Of a stretch of 64,000 nucleotides of DNA, positions 54,547 to 63,546 are shown piece by piece. Both the position numbers and the translations under genes were made by a program. This DNA comes from Candidatus Limimorpha caballi (GTDB taxonomy: Bacteria; Bacteroidota; Bacteroidia; Bacteroidales; F082). Under the pieces are notes generated by a model. That model was not told the origin of the DNA and made no database searches. It worked only from the letters and a program-made list of their open reading frames with translations. Positions within the stretch are counted from its first letter, which is position 1, and every line of letters starts with the position of its first letter. The stretch spans positions 149 through 64,148 of the forward strand of contig JAGHUX010000023.1 in NCBI GenBank assembly GCA_018064605.1. Reading direction: 5' to 3'.

Positions 54547-54975
54547 ATGAAAATGAAGACTATAGCGTTAGTGGCGCACGATGCCAAGAAAAAAGACCTT
54601 TTGGACTGGGTCACGAAGCATGCTGACAAGCTTCGCGGAAATGAATTTTATGCGACGGGAACAACAGGCAAGATGTTGGCGTCGGTTCTTGGCGACATCC
54701 ATTGCCTGAAGAGCGGTCCGCTTGGCGGCGACCAGCAACTCGGCGCGTTGATTTCTGAAGGAAAAATCGACTACTTGATTTTCTTTTGGGATCCGATGAC
54801 GAGCCAGCCGCACGATGTCGATGTGAAAGCGTTGTTGAGACTCAGTGTGTTATATGATATTCCGTCCGCCTGCAACCGCGCTTCCGCCGATTTCATGATC
54901 TCATCCGGACTCTTCGGCAAGGAATACACACCGGAATTGCATGACTATTCAGACTATCTCAACCGTAGCATCTGA
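54547..54975 (+). CDS. mgsA: Methylglyoxal synthase
   Basis: Contains IALVAHDAKKKDLLDW, ATGTTG, GPLGGDQQ and DPMTSQPHDVDVKALLR. Confidence 0.9.
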   Translation: MKMKTIALVAHDAKKKDLLDWVTKHADKLRGNEFYATGTTGKMLASVLGDIHCLKSGPLGGDQQLGALISEGKIDYLIFFWDPMTSQPHDVDVKALLRLSVLYDIPSACNRASADFMISSGLFGKEYTPELHDYSDYLNRSI

Positions 54976-55023
54976 TTGAGATTTCAAGTCAAAAAGACAG
55001 GATTTTTCCGACTGATGTTTTCA

Positions 55024-55404
55024 TCAGCGTGTCTGCAACGTGCCGATGAGCGTTGCGGCGATGCAGATTACGAGTGAGATTCCCATGTAAAGCGCCGCCA
55101 TTCCTGTTTGTCCTCCCTGAAAAAGTTTCAGCACCTCAGAAGAAAAAGTCGAGAAAGTGGTGAAGCCGCCGCAGAATCCTGTGACGAGCAGCAGTTGTAC
55201 CGTATTGTTTGGATTTTTACTTAAATATCCGATAATCAATCCGATACAAAGACAACCGAGGAAGTTGGCGGTCATTGTGTGGATAGGGAAACCGCCGAGG
55301 CCGTCCTTGTATTTAGAGAGAAGTTGCGAAATCAGATATCGTCCTGTGCAGCCGAAGCCGCCGCCAAGGAAGACGAGAAGGATATTTTTCAGCATTGTTT
55401 TCAC
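55024..55404 (-). CDS. crcB: Fluoride channel CrcB/FluC
   Basis: 126 aa with 4 TM helices. Contains GGGFGCTGRY and GFCGGFTTFSTF motifs. Confidence 0.9.
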   Translation of the reverse strand: MKTMLKNILLVFLGGGFGCTGRYLISQLLSKYKDGLGGFPIHTMTANFLGCLCIGLIIGYLSKNPNNTVQLLLVTGFCGGFTTFSTFSSEVLKLFQGGQTGMAALYMGISLVICIAATLIGTLQTR

Positions 55405-55416
55405 GAATTAAAGCGG

Positions 55417-55424
55417 CAAAGATA
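55417..55424 (-). promoter_or_regulatory. -7 promoter box (TATCTTTG) for crcB
   Basis: Minus strand reads TTCTATCTTTGCCGCTTTAATTCGTGAAAACAATG. Only about 12 nt separate the box from the ATG at 55404. Confidence 0.45.
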
Positions 55425-55508
55425 GAAAAACTTATCAAAACAAGAGGTTTTGGGATATATAATTGTAAAAAAATTATGAAAAAATTGTAAATTATATAAA
55501 CTAATATT

Positions 55509-55516
55509 TATCTTTG
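55509..55516 (+). promoter_or_regulatory. -7 promoter box (TATCTTTG) for sodB
   Basis: Sequence ATATTTATCTTTGCAACG, about 80 nt upstream of the ATG at 55597. Confidence 0.45.
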
Positions 55517-55596
55517 CAACGTTAATTCAATGAAGAATAAAATCATTATTGAAAATCACACAGTTTTATTGTTTCACATTTGCAAAAATAAAAATT

Positions 55597-56193
55597 ATGT
55601 TTGAACTACCTAAATTACCTTATCAGAATGATGCGCTGGAACCGCACATCTCACCAAGAACCATCGAATTTCATTACGGGAAGCATCACGCTGCCTACGT
55701 TAAAAACCTCAACGCATTGATTGTCAATACTCAATTTGAAAAGATGAGTCTTGAGGAAATCGTCAGGAACTCCGATGGCGCAATCTTCAACAACGCGGCG
55801 CAGGTGTGGAACCACACATTCTATTGGAACTGTCTCACTCCGGCAAGCAAGGCGAAGACGAAACCGGCGGGCAAACTGATGAAGGCCATCGAGCGCGACT
55901 TCAGCGGATTCGACGACTTCAAGGAAAGCTTCACCAAACAGAGCGTGTCGCTCTTCGGCTCCGGCTGGACATGGCTCGTCAGCGACGAAAAAGGCTCACT
56001 GTCGATTGTGCGCACCGAGAACGCAAAAAATCCATTGACGATGGAACACGCAACACCTTTGATGTGCTGCGATGTCTGGGAACATGCCTATTATCTTGAT
56101 TATCAAAATCTAAGACCCAACTATCTGAATGGGTTCTGGCATGTCATCAACTGGGATTTTGTTGAGAAGAATTACTCTTCTTGCCAAGAATAA
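55597..56193 (+). CDS. sodB: Fe/Mn superoxide dismutase
   Basis: N-terminus MFELPKLPYQNDALEPHIS, then FHYGKHH and DVWEHAYYLDYQN. Start moved from 55549 to the canonical MFELP. Confidence 0.9.
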   Translation: MFELPKLPYQNDALEPHISPRTIEFHYGKHHAAYVKNLNALIVNTQFEKMSLEEIVRNSDGAIFNNAAQVWNHTFYWNCLTPASKAKTKPAGKLMKAIERDFSGFDDFKESFTKQSVSLFGSGWTWLVSDEKGSLSIVRTENAKNPLTMEHATPLMCCDVWEHAYYLDYQNLRPNYLNGFWHVINWDFVEKNYSSCQE

Positions 56194-57046
56194 TCAGCAG
56201 AACGCCTGAAAGAATCAAAACGATGCCGCCGGCAAGTCGAAGCGTGAAAGTCTCCTTGAACACGAATATGCCGATCATGACAGCTGTCAACGGCTCAAGT
56301 GCGCCGAGAATCGCCGACGGTGTCGAACCTATGTGACGTATTGAAACTGTCAACAGCACCAACGCCATGATTGACGGTACGACGGCGAGCATCAAGGCGA
56401 AGCCGTATTGACGTGGTGTCGTCAGCAGCATCAGGTGTGTCTCTGGCTTGAAGAACGAGTGTATGATGATGCACGAGACGCAAGTCAAAAGCACGTAAAA
56501 TGTCATTTTTATCGACGGTAACTTTATCTGTGTCCTGTTGATAATCACTATGTAAACTGCGTATGTCAGCGATGACACCATCACCAGGATTACGCCGATG
56601 GCATTGAGCGTCCCTTCACCATTTGCGCCGTTGAGCATGAAGATGCCCGCGAAGGCCAGAAGTATGGAAGTCACCGTAACCCAAGTCAGTTTCTCTTTGA
56701 AAAACAGCGTCATGATGATCGCGACCATCATAGGATAGACGAAAAGCAGCGTCGAGGCGATGCCTGCGTCCATGTGCAGGAAACTGTAATATAACGTCAT
56801 CGACGATACGGCAAACAAAGCACCGAGCGAAGCTAAGATTCCGAATTCCCTTTTAGTGACTTTAAACGACATCTTCTTGACAATCATGATGATGCCCAGA
56901 ATGATCATCGCTATACCGAAACGGTGTGCCAAAACGGTGTTCGTGTTGATGCCGTCGGCATATAAAAACTTCGCTCCCAGCGGATTTGTGCCGTAACATA
57001 CAGCCGCCACAACACCCGCGATGACACCCTTAACCTTGCTGTTCAT
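56147..57046 (-). CDS. DMT-superfamily (EamA) transporter
   Basis: 10-TM protein with two EamA-like halves. Its 3' end overlaps the sodB 3' end by 47 nt (convergent). Confidence 0.75.
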   Translation of the reverse strand: MNSKVKGVIAGVVAAVCYGTNPLGAKFLYADGINTNTVLAHRFGIAMIILGIIMIVKKMSFKVTKREFGILASLGALFAVSSMTLYYSFLHMDAGIASTLLFVYPMMVAIIMTLFFKEKLTWVTVTSILLAFAGIFMLNGANGEGTLNAIGVILVMVSSLTYAVYIVIINRTQIKLPSIKMTFYVLLTCVSCIIIHSFFKPETHLMLLTTPRQYGFALMLAVVPSIMALVLLTVSIRHIGSTPSAILGALEPLTAVMIGIFVFKETFTLRLAGGIVLILSGVLLIILGKKSNSSQQNPS

Positions 57047-57087
57047 ACAATATCATCCCGCAATCTGCGGGTAAAAATCAATAAAAT

Positions 57088-57519
57088 TTAGTCGTCGTAC
57101 CTCTTGAAATTCCCGTTCTTGTCAAAAACGACTTCGATGTCGTTGGTCAATTCCACCTTAAAACTTTTGAACTCACGCTTTATCTCTTTGATACAGAACC
57201 CATTGTGGTTGTTTTCAAGATAGATTCCGATGTTTTTCGGAAGAAATCCAAAAGTCAGACAGTCGATTTCGTTTTTTATTTCTTTCCATTCGCCGTTCTT
57301 GTCGAATTCGATTTTCAAGCCGTCATCGAACCTCACTTCGTATTCGACATCAAAAACCTCGGTGTCTTTCAATACATTCACCGGGTTTGACTCCGCGAAG
57401 TTAATGCTGACAAAGTCTTTGGCGATGCTTGGAAGACTCTCGAAGCCGACATTCATTTTCTGTGCGAATGTTGTCATCCCGACAAACAATAACGTAATGA
57501 TTACTAATATTTTCTTCAT
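57088..57519 (-). CDS. Secreted PepSY-like (putative beta-lactamase-inhibitor-like) protein
   Basis: Signal peptide is present. Two internal repeats end in ...DGLKIEFDKNGEWKEIK and ...NDIEVVFDKNGNFKRYD, typical of the PepSY-like family. Assignment is from memory. Confidence 0.5.
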   Translation of the reverse strand: MKKILVIITLLFVGMTTFAQKMNVGFESLPSIAKDFVSINFAESNPVNVLKDTEVFDVEYEVRFDDGLKIEFDKNGEWKEIKNEIDCLTFGFLPKNIGIYLENNHNGFCIKEIKREFKSFKVELTNDIEVVFDKNGNFKRYDD

Positions 57520-57576
57520 TTTTCAAAGAATTATGTTTATTAAACGCCAAAATTCAAAACACTCAACAATCTTGTG

Positions 57577-58491
57577 TTATTTCACAAATTCTTCAACGTT
57601 TCTGACCACAATGCCGAGTCGTAGTTCGAACGCCTCACGTGTGGCGAAGCCGATATGGGGCAACAGCATAGTGTTCGGTGCCGTCAGCAGCGGGTTGTCG
57701 TTTTTGAGTGGCGGTTCGCCGTCATAGACATCGAGTGCCGCGCCGGCGATTGTCCCGCTTTTCAAGGCTTCGGCGAGGTCGTTGGTGTTGACGACCGGCC
57801 CGCGAGCCGCGTTGATGATGACCGCCGATTTCTTCATCATGGCGAAGTCGTTGGCTGTCAGGAAGTCGCGTGTCTCGTTGTTGAGCGCGATATGCAATGC
57901 CACGATGTCTGATTCTTTGAGAAGAGTTTCCTTATCGACGAAAGTGACACCAGACACTTCTTTCTTTGTGCGGTTCCAGGCGATGACACGGCATCCGAAG
58001 GCCTGCGCCAGGGCAGCGGTACGTTGTCCGATGGCTCCCATGCCAATGATACCGACGGTCTTTCCCGCTATCTCGCGGCCTGGCAGGATGGCCTGACCTT
58101 GGCAGCTGCGTGTGATCTTGTCGTTTTCAATGACATGACGGTAAAGCCCTATCATCATGCATATCGTCTCCTCCGCGACGGCCTCCGTTGAATAACCGGC
58201 GGCATTCTTCACCAGGATGTTGCGACAGTTGCATTCGTCCATGTCGATGTGGTCAAGGCCCGTGAAGGCTATAGACAGCATCTTGAGGTTGGGGCAGGCA
58301 TTGAAGAAATCCTTGCGCAAAGGCATGTTGCTCTCCACGATAATGTCCGCGTCAGCGGCACGTTCTATGTTCAATTCAGGTTTCCTGTCGGGATAAATCA
58401 CAACTTCGTGACCAAGCCGTTTTAAGTTTTCACATTCATTATCAACAGCTTCTACAGTTAGTCCGAGAGGCTCCAAAAAGACTATTTTCAT
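57577..58491 (-). CDS. D-isomer-specific 2-hydroxyacid dehydrogenase (NAD-binding)
   Basis: Rossmann motif VGIIGMGAIGQRTA. The catalytic region contains INAARG and PHIGFAT. Confidence 0.8.
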   Translation of the reverse strand: MKIVFLEPLGLTVEAVDNECENLKRLGHEVVIYPDRKPELNIERAADADIIVESNMPLRKDFFNACPNLKMLSIAFTGLDHIDMDECNCRNILVKNAAGYSTEAVAEETICMMIGLYRHVIENDKITRSCQGQAILPGREIAGKTVGIIGMGAIGQRTAALAQAFGCRVIAWNRTKKEVSGVTFVDKETLLKESDIVALHIALNNETRDFLTANDFAMMKKSAVIINAARGPVVNTNDLAEALKSGTIAGAALDVYDGEPPLKNDNPLLTAPNTMLLPHIGFATREAFELRLGIVVRNVEEFVK

Positions 58492-58518
58492 GTTCTTAAT
58501 TTTTTAAATTCAGAACTG

Positions 58519-58526
58519 CAAAAATA
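58519..58526 (-). promoter_or_regulatory. -7 promoter box (TATTTTTG) for the dehydrogenase gene
   Basis: Minus strand reads AAGACTATTTTTGCAGTTC, 28 nt upstream of the ATG at 58491. Confidence 0.45.
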
Positions 58527-58758
58527 GTCTTTTTTGTAACATGTCGGGACCGTTCAACCATAAAAAACAAGGATGAAATGTATGTAGGAGTGGATTTGAT
58601 TGTATTGTTTGGGCAATAAATCGAGAACATGAAAAATTGTAAAATGTAATAAATTACGATAAAAACCAGTAAAACCAATGATATTGTCGATAGTGAAACA
58701 TTATTATGGATGGACGGAGAATCCATAAACGGTCCACGACATGCCATTTATCTTCTTG

Positions 58759-59127
58759 CTACATGGGCTGTTGGTCATCGTCCGTACTCGCCCAGTCAAT
58801 CGTCATGAATTCATCAGCGACAATCTCCGTGAAATACTTCCGCGTCTTGTCGTTTTTGTCTTCATACTGCCTGGTCTGGATGTGTCCCTCCAGCGCGATA
58901 CGCTTGCCTTTGCGCACAAATTTCTCCACCTTCTCTGCCGTGGTTCCCCACGCCACAATGCTGTGCCACTGTGTCTCTTCAACAAGCTCATGCTTGTCGT
59001 TATAATGCTTTTCATTGGTGGCCAAACTGAACCTCGCCATCTTGCGGCCTTCGCCACCAAAAACCCTGACCTCCGGATCTCCACCAGGACGGCCAATTAA
59101 CTGTACTGAATTTCTTAAAGTTCCCAT
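58759..59127 (-). CDS. ssb: Single-stranded DNA-binding protein, short form
   Basis: OB-fold signature NSVQLIGRPGGDPEVR...ARFSLATNE...TQWHSIVAWG...KGKRIALEGHIQTRQYEDK. Only 122 aa, ending DDDQQPM. Confidence 0.85.
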   Translation of the reverse strand: MGTLRNSVQLIGRPGGDPEVRVFGGEGRKMARFSLATNEKHYNDKHELVEETQWHSIVAWGTTAEKVEKFVRKGKRIALEGHIQTRQYEDKNDKTRKYFTEIVADEFMTIDWASTDDDQQPM

Positions 59128-59158
59128 AATTTATTTTATTTTCGTTATCTTAACGCTG

Positions 59159-59166
59159 CAAAGATA
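59159..59166 (-). promoter_or_regulatory. -7 promoter box (TATCTTTG) for ssb
   Basis: Minus strand reads GCAATATCTTTGCAGCG, 32 nt upstream of the ATG at 59127. Confidence 0.5.
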
Positions 59167-59396
59167 TTGCAACCTACAATAATATCCGTAATAAAAACGA
59201 ATAATCTTTGTTGTTTTCGCAAAAGCATTGACAATAAACATTGTTTCATTTGTAACAATGAAAATTTGGACAATTTGAATTGTTAATAAAAATTTAATAA
59301 TTAATTGTAAAAATTATTCTCGTGATTTGGTCTGATTGATAAATTTAGCGTGTTTTTATGCCAACTTATTATAAATCAATTATTTAACTAAAAAAT

Positions 59397-59422
59397 GAAT
59401 TGTAAATGAATTTTTACAATTC
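59397..59422. terminator. Perfect 10-bp hairpin with T-runs on both strands (candidate bidirectional terminator)
   Basis: GAATTGTAAA-TGAATT-TTTACAATTC. The plus strand continues AGAGTTTTTTG and the minus strand continues ATTTTTTAG. It lies 98 nt downstream of the PPTase stop. Confidence 0.45.
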
Positions 59423-59519
59423 AGAGTTTTTTGTTCGCAACATTTTTTTGATGTAAACTACGAAAAATGTCTGAAAAAGTGGAAATTACGTCAATTCAAA
59501 CAAATTTCGAAAAATTTTA

Positions 59520-60158
59520 TCATAGGAATTTTATGTCGTTAATATTTGTCACTACTTTACAGATATATTTTTCCTTACAATCTTTGTTCGTGGCAAGCGA
59601 TATGAACTTATTGTCAAGTCTTTCTGTAAATATCTGACAATCAACATTATTAATGATGTTTTTTATATCATCTGTGATGCCGGTGCCATTGTATTTAAAA
59701 ACAGCTTCCTTTTGCGTCCAAAGCCTGATGAAAGCCTCGTCTGGATGGTCGTTATCGTTTATTATTTTTAATTCAAAATCGTTTGAGACATAAGCCGCGA
59801 CCCTCTCCTTATATCGCGTAATTTCTTCAATATCAATGCCTAATAATGAATGTGACAACGCAACAGCAACGGCACTTTGGCAATGGCTGATACTGAAAAA
59901 CCACTCCGGATAGTTTTTCAAAAATGGTTTTCCGTATTCGTTATATGAAAATTCGGGTAATTTTTCCAGTACGTTTTGACCACATTCATCGCATAACAAC
60001 TTCACGAGCAACACGTATGCTAATCCATTCTGAATCTGACCTTTACGAAATTTATACTTGAGCATCTGCTCTTTTCTCCATGCAGGAAGAAAAACATTGC
60101 AACGATTTACAAAATCATCGCCAAGCGTGTCTATGTTATTGAAAATCAAAATATTCAC
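59520..60158 (-). CDS. Sfp-type 4'-phosphopantetheinyl transferase
   Basis: Contains EYGKPFL, FSISHC, GIDIE and WTQKEAVFK motifs. Confidence 0.8.
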   Translation of the reverse strand: MNILIFNNIDTLGDDFVNRCNVFLPAWRKEQMLKYKFRKGQIQNGLAYVLLVKLLCDECGQNVLEKLPEFSYNEYGKPFLKNYPEWFFSISHCQSAVAVALSHSLLGIDIEEITRYKERVAAYVSNDFELKIINDNDHPDEAFIRLWTQKEAVFKYNGTGITDDIKNIINNVDCQIFTERLDNKFISLATNKDCKEKYICKVVTNINDIKFL

Positions 60159-60173
60159 GATTGATAACGTGAA

Positions 60174-60623
60174 TTAAACCTTTAATTTAACAACAATTTT
60201 TTTCATCTTTTCGGGTTTGTCAACGCACAGCAACGGCTCATGTCCGTCGTTTGGAAACAAAACCGCAAAATACCCGTTTCCAACGGTAATCTCAACTGCT
60301 CTTGCACCCGGATTTTTATAGAAAACCGCATCAGTTTCGGCATTATACTCCGAATATTGCTTGAGATTTTCAATCGGGCAAACTAAGATCCTCTCGGTTC
60401 CGTTTAATGGAAAATGAATGTCGATATGATCTCTATGTGCTTCAAAATCAAGAGGATTAGTTTCCGCCGTCTGCACTTCTGACACATTCGCAACCACATT
60501 ATCATTAATGGTGTATCTGGCGGTCTCTGTTTCAAACGTGGCGGATTTCAGAAATTGAAGTCCCGCGTAGATGTCGGGAAATCCTTTGTATCTTTCCAGA
60601 TTTTCAATCTTATCGTAAATCAT
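60174..60623 (-). CDS. YhcH/YjgK/YiaL (DUF386, EbgC-like) family protein
   Basis: 149 aa. The N-terminus MIYDKIENLERYKG and the cupin-like length and pattern fit the family. Confidence 0.65.
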   Translation of the reverse strand: MIYDKIENLERYKGFPDIYAGLQFLKSATFETETARYTINDNVVANVSEVQTAETNPLDFEAHRDHIDIHFPLNGTERILVCPIENLKQYSEYNAETDAVFYKNPGARAVEITVGNGYFAVLFPNDGHEPLLCVDKPEKMKKIVVKLKV

Positions 60624-60625
60624 AT

Positions 60626-61756
60626 CTATCGTGATTCTATCGTTTCCAACTCCTTGAATATCGTGACATTAACTGGCTGTACATTGTCATGTTGATAATA
60701 ACTTGCCGGTTTGAGGAGTTTGCCGAAGACAAATTTCTGGATGAGTACGAACTCGTTTCCTTCGCTGAGCAGACCGTATTGATGGTCAGGGTCTGTGACA
60801 AGTCGTTCAATATCAGGATTTTCATCAAATTCGCTGTTGTCATAATCGAACATGTCGGCATTGGCAAGCATTCTGAATGTTGTGACAGTGCGTGTTTTGC
60901 CGTCTTTCGTTGTCACAGAGAGCCGTTGCTGGAACGGAGAGTTGATGATGGAATCGCGACGGGCAGGCTCAACATCGGAAAGGAAGTCCTCAAAACGTAC
61001 ATCGCTGAACGATGACATGAAATTGAGAATCCTAAGTGTGTCATATTCAATGTTTTCGCCGTTCAAATCGCGCATTACGAACTGGTATCTACCGTTTTCG
61101 GTAATCTCGAAGCTGTTGGCCGGATCGTTGTAAATTTCCAACTTAACAGATTGAATGTCAGCCATTTTACTTTTAAAAATCAAGTGGTCACGCCAATCAA
61201 TGTAGTTGGCTGAAAATCTTGAACTGATAAAACCTCTAAAGCCGTGAAGATGAACGACATAGGCTTTATCGGCACCTTCTTTCAAGACAAAAGTGCCGTT
61301 ATTGTCCTGCGTGTCGTCACCGATATAAAACACTTTGGTACGCGCTTCGTGACGGAATAACTTCACCCTGTTGAACAGATTAATGCGCGGAACTATCTGA
61401 TACACTTCGACTTTTACATTATTACCCGACATTCTTGTGATGACGTTATCGGATTTTTTCAACGAAACAGGCATTCTTACTCTCATCTTGTTAAGCGTGT
61501 AGAGCATGTCGTTGACGAGGCGTTGTGATGCCGGATATTTTTCATCGACAGTCCATCCGTCGGGATGTCTCTGCAACAAAACCTGACGGTCGTTCTTGTC
61601 GGCGAAGAAAAGTTTTGTGATTGACGCGGTGTCATAAACTGTGAAATCAGCCGCATAGCCGTGAAGCGTGGAAAGATAACGGTTATTCCAGACCAAAACG
61701 CCCGCAATGACTATCAATGCGATGGCGACAAAAATTGCTATTGTGTTCTTTTTCAT
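60626..61756 (-). CDS. DUF4340-like protein associated with GldFG
   Basis: One N-terminal TM helix. 376 aa, directly downstream of gldG, as is common for DUF4340 genes. Assignment rests on context and size. Confidence 0.5.
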   Translation of the reverse strand: MKKNTIAIFVAIALIVIAGVLVWNNRYLSTLHGYAADFTVYDTASITKLFFADKNDRQVLLQRHPDGWTVDEKYPASQRLVNDMLYTLNKMRVRMPVSLKKSDNVITRMSGNNVKVEVYQIVPRINLFNRVKLFRHEARTKVFYIGDDTQDNNGTFVLKEGADKAYVVHLHGFRGFISSRFSANYIDWRDHLIFKSKMADIQSVKLEIYNDPANSFEITENGRYQFVMRDLNGENIEYDTLRILNFMSSFSDVRFEDFLSDVEPARRDSIINSPFQQRLSVTTKDGKTRTVTTFRMLANADMFDYDNSEFDENPDIERLVTDPDHQYGLLSEGNEFVLIQKFVFGKLLKPASYYQHDNVQPVNVTIFKELETIESR

Positions 61757-61767
61757 TATGTTACGTT

Positions 61768-63546
61768 TTATTTGCTATATTTATTTTTTCTGATATATGC
61801 TAATATTAAACCGAACAAAATCAATATCAAACTTGGCAAAACAACATTTACAACCTGCAATGTCGTCTGTTTTTTGTTGATCTTGTTCATATCGAGCAGC
61901 CTGATTTTCAGCTCGCGTGCATTTATATTGATAAGTCCTTCACCATCAACCAGATAACTTATCGCATTTTCAATAAAATTTTTATTTCCGTAGGTATTGT
62001 TGGTGTATTGGTCGTAACCCAGCGGCAACGGTGAGCCGACGCGTCTGTTGTTTTTCTTCGCATAGTCGAGATTTGCGAGTTGATTTCTGATGACATCGCC
62101 ATCGGCCACAACAATCATCGAAGTCGGGACGCTCTCGCCTCTGAAAGCGATTTCGCTCGACTCTACAATTGCTTCAGGAAGACGGTTTTCGTACAGCGAA
62201 CTGAATTTTCCGTTGAGAAGATATGCCGTAACCTGTCCTTTTTGCGGAAACATCTGTGGATTTGGACGGTCGTTGAGAATTTTTAGTGAAATATACACCG
62301 GAGCCGTTGAAATCTTCGTGTAATCTGATGTTTTCAACAATGGTACCTTCTGAATTTCAGGTGCTGATGTCGTTGTTTCGAGCGAACTTGTGAAGTCGGA
62401 TTTCACGGCTTCAATATTTTTTACGATCGGATGTTGCGACGCGGCGTTCAACAGCGGGAAATAATACCACGGCAGCAACGCGCTTTGTATGTTCGCACCC
62501 TGACCTGTCACGAGCCCGATTTGCGCGCATGGATAAGACAGAAGCAGGTTCGTATTGAGTTTCACACCATATTTGAACAGCTGATCATCGAGATTTGTGT
62601 TGAGGTTGACACCCATCATCGACTCTGCACTTTGCAGGCTGTCCATGTCGGCTTTCACATGATCAAGGAGCCACAGCACCTTTCCGCCGTACATAACATA
62701 TTGATCTATAATGAATTTATCCTTTTCTGAAAATTTTTCCGTCGGTTTTGCGATTACAATGGCATCGTAATTAAGTTTCACAACAATGTTGCTGTCGTTG
62801 TCGTAGTCGCGATGTGTGAGCGCATTGACCTTACCATCAATATTGACGCGGTCGATGCTGTATTTTTTCGAGAGGCTTTTTGCGATGTCATAGACTTCCA
62901 TGTCGGAGAGTTCGCCGTGACCTTCAACGAAACCGACCTTTGGTTTGTTGGTTTCTGAGATGTCTTTTATCGCACTAATGAGTTTATATTCAAGGTCTTG
63001 TGATGTATTATTGAGTACCGTCGCCTGATTTTGTCCTGATTGTGCGGAGAGCAGGTCAACGGCGAGTTCCTTTTCGCGGTAACTCACCATTGCACCGGGC
63101 CATACCATGATCTGCTGCACTCCGTTGTTGGTAGGCATAGTCGCGGTGTAATAGTTCAGTCCGTTTTGGTAAAGAATTTTGTACACTTCCTGACGTTCGT
63201 TCGGGTCATTGCTTTCAGAAGGGTTAATAAATTCATAATCAATGAATTTTGAATAAGCGCGGAACTCATCGAGCATTTCTTTTGTCTCTTTGCGAAGTTT
63301 TTTGAAACCTGCCGGAAACTCACCTTCGAGATAAACGCGGAAATAAACGTAATCGTTGAGACCTTTGAGTATTTCCTTCGATTTATCTGAAAGAGTGTAA
63401 CGTTTTTCTGAAGTAAGGTCGAAACGAGTGTACAGATACGAGCCGATAATATTCACCATTGCGATGATTATCAATGTGATAACCAAAGAAACGATTTCGT
63501 TTTTCTTTAGATTTTTTCTTTTGTTTTCCATAACACCTCCTACCAT
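61768..63546 (-). CDS. gldG: Gliding-motility-associated ABC transporter auxiliary protein GldG
   Basis: N-terminal TM helix followed by YTRFDLTSEKRYTLSDKSKEILKGL. A C-terminal TM helix is present. 592 aa, downstream of gldF. The start may be MENKRKN at 63531. Confidence 0.8.
   Translation of the reverse strand: MVGGVMENKRKNLKKNEIVSLVITLIIIAMVNIIGSYLYTRFDLTSEKRYTLSDKSKEILKGLNDYVYFRVYLEGEFPAGFKKLRKETKEMLDEFRAYSKFIDYEFINPSESNDPNERQEVYKILYQNGLNYYTATMPTNNGVQQIMVWPGAMVSYREKELAVDLLSAQSGQNQATVLNNTSQDLEYKLISAIKDISETNKPKVGFVEGHGELSDMEVYDIAKSLSKKYSIDRVNIDGKVNALTHRDYDNDSNIVVKLNYDAIVIAKPTEKFSEKDKFIIDQYVMYGGKVLWLLDHVKADMDSLQSAESMMGVNLNTNLDDQLFKYGVKLNTNLLLSYPCAQIGLVTGQGANIQSALLPWYYFPLLNAASQHPIVKNIEAVKSDFTSSLETTTSAPEIQKVPLLKTSDYTKISTAPVYISLKILNDRPNPQMFPQKGQVTAYLLNGKFSSLYENRLPEAIVESSEIAFRGESVPTSMIVVADGDVIRNQLANLDYAKKNNRRVGSPLPLGYDQYTNNTYGNKNFIENAISYLVDGEGLININARELKIRLLDMNKINKKQTTLQVVNVVLPSLILILFGLILAYIRKNKYSK

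Noticed and set aside
55011-55026. CTGATG-TTTT-CATCAG hairpin between the convergent mgsA and crcB genes, considered as a bidirectional terminator.
   Set aside because: The stem is only 6 bp, overlaps the crcB stop codon and has no clear U-tract on either strand. This is too weak to call.
55461-55500. Two direct AATTGTAAA copies flanked by TATATAATT / AATTATATA in the crcB-sodB spacer, considered as a shared regulator site with 59397-59422.
   Set aside because: The motif is short and the context very AT-rich, so I cannot estimate its significance without genome-wide counts. It is kept only as a remark under the 59128-59519 finding.
55405-55548. An expected fluoride riboswitch upstream of crcB.
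   Set aside because: The candidate promoter box sits only about 12 nt from the crcB ATG. The upstream region is AT-rich, with none of the conserved G/C-rich pseudoknot segments of the crcB motif that I can recognise. This crcB seems to lack the riboswitch, but the point needs an Rfam scan to be certain.
58716-58736. ATGGAT-N9-ATCCAT hairpin just downstream of ssb.
   Set aside because: The stem is only 6 bp with a 9-nt loop and no U-tract, so it is not convincing as a terminator.
58496-58747. An 83-aa minus-strand ORF in the gap between the dehydrogenase gene and ssb.
   Set aside because: It has an AT-rich, Ile/Phe/Leu-biased composition typical of translated intergenic DNA. It overlaps the candidate dehydrogenase promoter box and has no recognisable motif.
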